Source: Balanoglossus misakiensis (Eukaryota; Animalia; Hemichordata). Taken from it: a stretch of DNA of 64,000 nt. Shown piece by piece: positions 62,101 through 64,000 of this stretch; position 1 is the first letter of the stretch; every line of letters starts with the position of its first letter. Location: the NCBI GenBank assembly GCA_040954595.2, contig CM082587.2, forward strand, positions 2,261,000-2,324,999. Reading direction: 5' to 3'. A program made the position numbers and the translations under genes. The notes below the pieces were generated by a model, which had not been told where the DNA came from, did no database searches, and saw only the letters and a program-made list of their open reading frames with translations.

Positions 62101-64000
62101 TGATCCACGGGCTCACCGAGAACGACGACGGCAAAGTCGACGAGGTGACGATGGCCGTCCGGAGCGGGATAAATGAACTGGTCAAGTTGTCCATCGAGAA
62201 GCTGCATGACAAAGAGGCCAGGAGGAATCTGTCTCCTCCTTCGTCACAGATGTTGAGAGTCGAGAGGTAATGGTCACTTGTCACTTCCCACACGGGTGGT
62301 CGTTTCTTTTTAAAAGCTTACAAAGGAAATCGCTGTGCCGCTCATTTTAGTCCTCTACATTTCATGCAATTTTTGTGTCAAAATCAAAACTTCAGCAGGC
62401 AGACTTTGTCGTACACACAAAAATTTTTGCACATACTTTTCATGATAATAATATAGCACAGAGAATCATAGTGTGGTAATTACTGAAAATGGTGGTAATG
62501 TTGGGTTATGGGTAAAATAGCACTGAAATATAATGTCATCCATTTTCGTGTTTCTCTCGACATCCACGTGTCATACTACCATCATCATTTTTACAGCAAT
62601 AATCGACAACATCGTGCATCACTTCCTGAATTACCGCTCTCGCCAAAAGAGAAGGAAAGTCTGACAAGCAGTGCCCCGCTTTCCGTCTCGTCCGATTTGC
62701 TCGACCGCGCCGGGTCGGAAGATCTCCCGCCACCCAAACCACCCTTGCCAAAGCATAGAGTGCCCCCTCTGATTATAAGCAATGGGTAAGTGCAAGTCCA
62801 CGTGCATGCTTCACAGAGCCACCTATATCTTCCTTGTGTGACCATTTCCCTATTATAATGGAACCAACCACGCAATTGAATAAATCCATATATATACAAT
62901 ATATGCTTCATGATCAGTACATTTCATGTTGAGTATCCGCACTCATGCACTTTTCTGATTTCATGCACAGGATGTTAAAAACACTTTCTTTCGAAACACA
63001 TCATAAATACAGTACAGCTCAAGTGTAGGGACTGAGATAGTTACATTAATTTGCCTCCATTCTTTTCGCAGGAATACGTATTGCCCGCCTAAAACAGCCC
63101 CTCCTCTGCCGATCAAAAAGAGATATTCTGGTCCACCTTCCATCAATAGTGATGTCGTTTCATCAGGTAGTGGATCACCAGAGTCATGGACTATGAATAA
63201 CTGGTACAATAACCCTCCTGCATCTCCGTATGATAATGTAACAAGATCTCCAAACAGCAGCAATGCATCCATATACAGCCAAGACTCTCCTTCTCACAGC
63301 AGCAGCGGTCGACCGAGCAGTCTAGCGTCTGGCGGAAGTACTGGAGCCACCCTGGCAGAGCCAGAAGAAGAAACGGACTATGCGTACTTAGATAAAAATT
63401 ACAAAATTGGACAAGAGATCGCCGAGGCGACTGAAAAGACCAGACAGCGCTTGTTGTACATGAGTACTGAGTCAGGAAAGTTCGCAAGTTTGAGTACTGA
63501 GTCAGGAAAGTTTTCGAGCTTGAGCACCGAGGCGGGACAGTTTGCAAGTTCAGAAAGCAGTGTGTGTTGCCAAGCGTCCTCATCGTCATCGTGGACGAAA
63601 ACGGAGAGTTCGTGCACATCCGAAAAACGGGTGGAAAAAACGGCAACTTATATGGTGTCTTCGTCGGTCGTTTCCTCCTCCAAGACCTCGTGTCACTCGT
63701 ACACAGGCACAGCTGTCAAACAGTTGAACTTTGGGGACGGGTCGCCGGCGACCATTTTGTCTGCCGTTCCTCGTCACGTGTCGACAGAGATACCCGCGGT
63801 CCACCAGCTCTTGGACCCCTCGCTCCACCAGGGGCCCTCCGACTTGCGTTGGCGTCATTCGTACCCTCCCGAGCCACCACTGTTGCCTGATAAGAAAGCC
63901 AAGCGCCAAGACTCGGAATACGACAATGTGTCGTCAAACAGTACAAACCTCTCGGCATCCAGTGAGGACGTGTGGCAAATGCAGGCACCGGGAAAGCCAC
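43342..64000 (+). CDS. RAPGEF1: Rap guanine nucleotide exchange factor 1 (C3G), N-terminal part; runs off the window. Exons 43342-43360, 60801-60994, 61125-61185, 61388-61508, 62027-62266, 62597-62785, 63072->64000
   Basis: 'VCLALKWFK...MLEGSATEVL...VYQSLAKLIRWADKLL...ELVKLSIEK' matches the C3G N-terminal domain. Crk-SH3-type motifs PPPKPPLPK, APPLPIKKR and PPLLPDKK, plus two YDN motifs. The REM and CDC25 domains are outside the window. Confidence 0.88.
47832..47889. repeat. Perfect tandem duplication, 2 x 29 bp
   Basis: atggctatatgatgtgaaatattgttggt twice. Confidence 0.95.
60801..60994 (+). CDS. RAPGEF1: RAPGEF1-like exon 2
   Basis: TPRKSTKKSSGNSTLKKIKKLWG...QPKIEK|gtggga. Confidence 0.8.
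61125..61185 (+). CDS. RAPGEF1: RAPGEF1-like exon 3
   Basis: NIDTLKKSEDDVCLALKWFK|gtaagt. Confidence 0.88.
61388..61508 (+). CDS. RAPGEF1: RAPGEF1-like exon 4
   Basis: AIDKNTMMMLEGSATEVLKAVAELFNQLNQLSICPYKEQ. Confidence 0.88.
62027..62266 (+). CDS. RAPGEF1: RAPGEF1-like exon 5
   Basis: STLMSSHNQVYQSLAKLIRWADKLL... Confidence 0.9.
62597..62785 (+). CDS. RAPGEF1: RAPGEF1-like exon 6 (first Pro-rich SH3 ligand)
   Basis: SLPELPLSPKEKESL...PPPKPPLPKHR. Confidence 0.88.
63072..64000 (+). CDS. RAPGEF1: RAPGEF1-like exon 7 (large Pro/Ser-rich exon, truncated by the window end; absent from the ORF track)
   Basis: Stop-free frame from 63073 to 64000: APPLPIKKR, SPYDNV, PPLLPDKK, SEYDNV. Confidence 0.88.
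63461..63550 (+). repeat. Coding tandem repeat, 3 x 30 bp (STESGKFASL/STESGKFSSL/STEAGQFASS)
   Basis: tgagtactgagtcaggaaagtt... repeated with a 30-nt period. Confidence 0.9.

Noticed and set aside
1-64000. Most short ORFs in the six-frame track (60-160 aa)
   Set aside because: They are intronic, UTR or antisense frames with alternative starts, no recognisable motifs and no splice-consistent context; expected by chance in eukaryotic DNA.
62961-64000. Several overlapping antisense or alternative-frame ORFs at the window end
   Set aside because: They are shadows of the GC-richer C3G exon 7, whose true frame has no stop in the window and so is missing from the track.

Overview
This is eukaryotic, intron-rich, AT-rich genomic DNA from an invertebrate bilaterian, probably a non-vertebrate deuterostome (inferred from apparently single-copy gene families and vertebrate-like gene order). 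The ORF track is mostly noise. By following GT-AG sites and codon phase by hand I reconstructed four spliced genes. (1) A BCAR3/SH2D3C (NSP family) SH2 + CDC25-like gene on + (core CDS 6855-9501; 5' end uncertain). (2) A complete FNBP1L/FNBP1/TRIP10 (Toca/CIP4) F-BAR-HR1-SH3 gene on - (13 exons, 31576->15236, 583 aa), with candidate 24-nt and 54-nt alternative exons. (3) A complete 13-exon, 549-aa gene on + (36125-40983) encoding an unusual EGF-like - 7TM - RING-CH - 2TM protein, which looks like a receptor-like module fused to a MARCH-type ubiquitin ligase. (4) The 5' part of RAPGEF1/C3G on + (43342 to the window end). Main points of interest: the receptor-ligase chimera with an overlapping uORF, a gene order matching the human 1p22/9q34/19p13 paralogous blocks, a ZNF143/YY1-motif head-to-head promoter, and candidate microexons. 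I saw no rRNA, tRNA, CRISPR array or autonomous transposon ORF.
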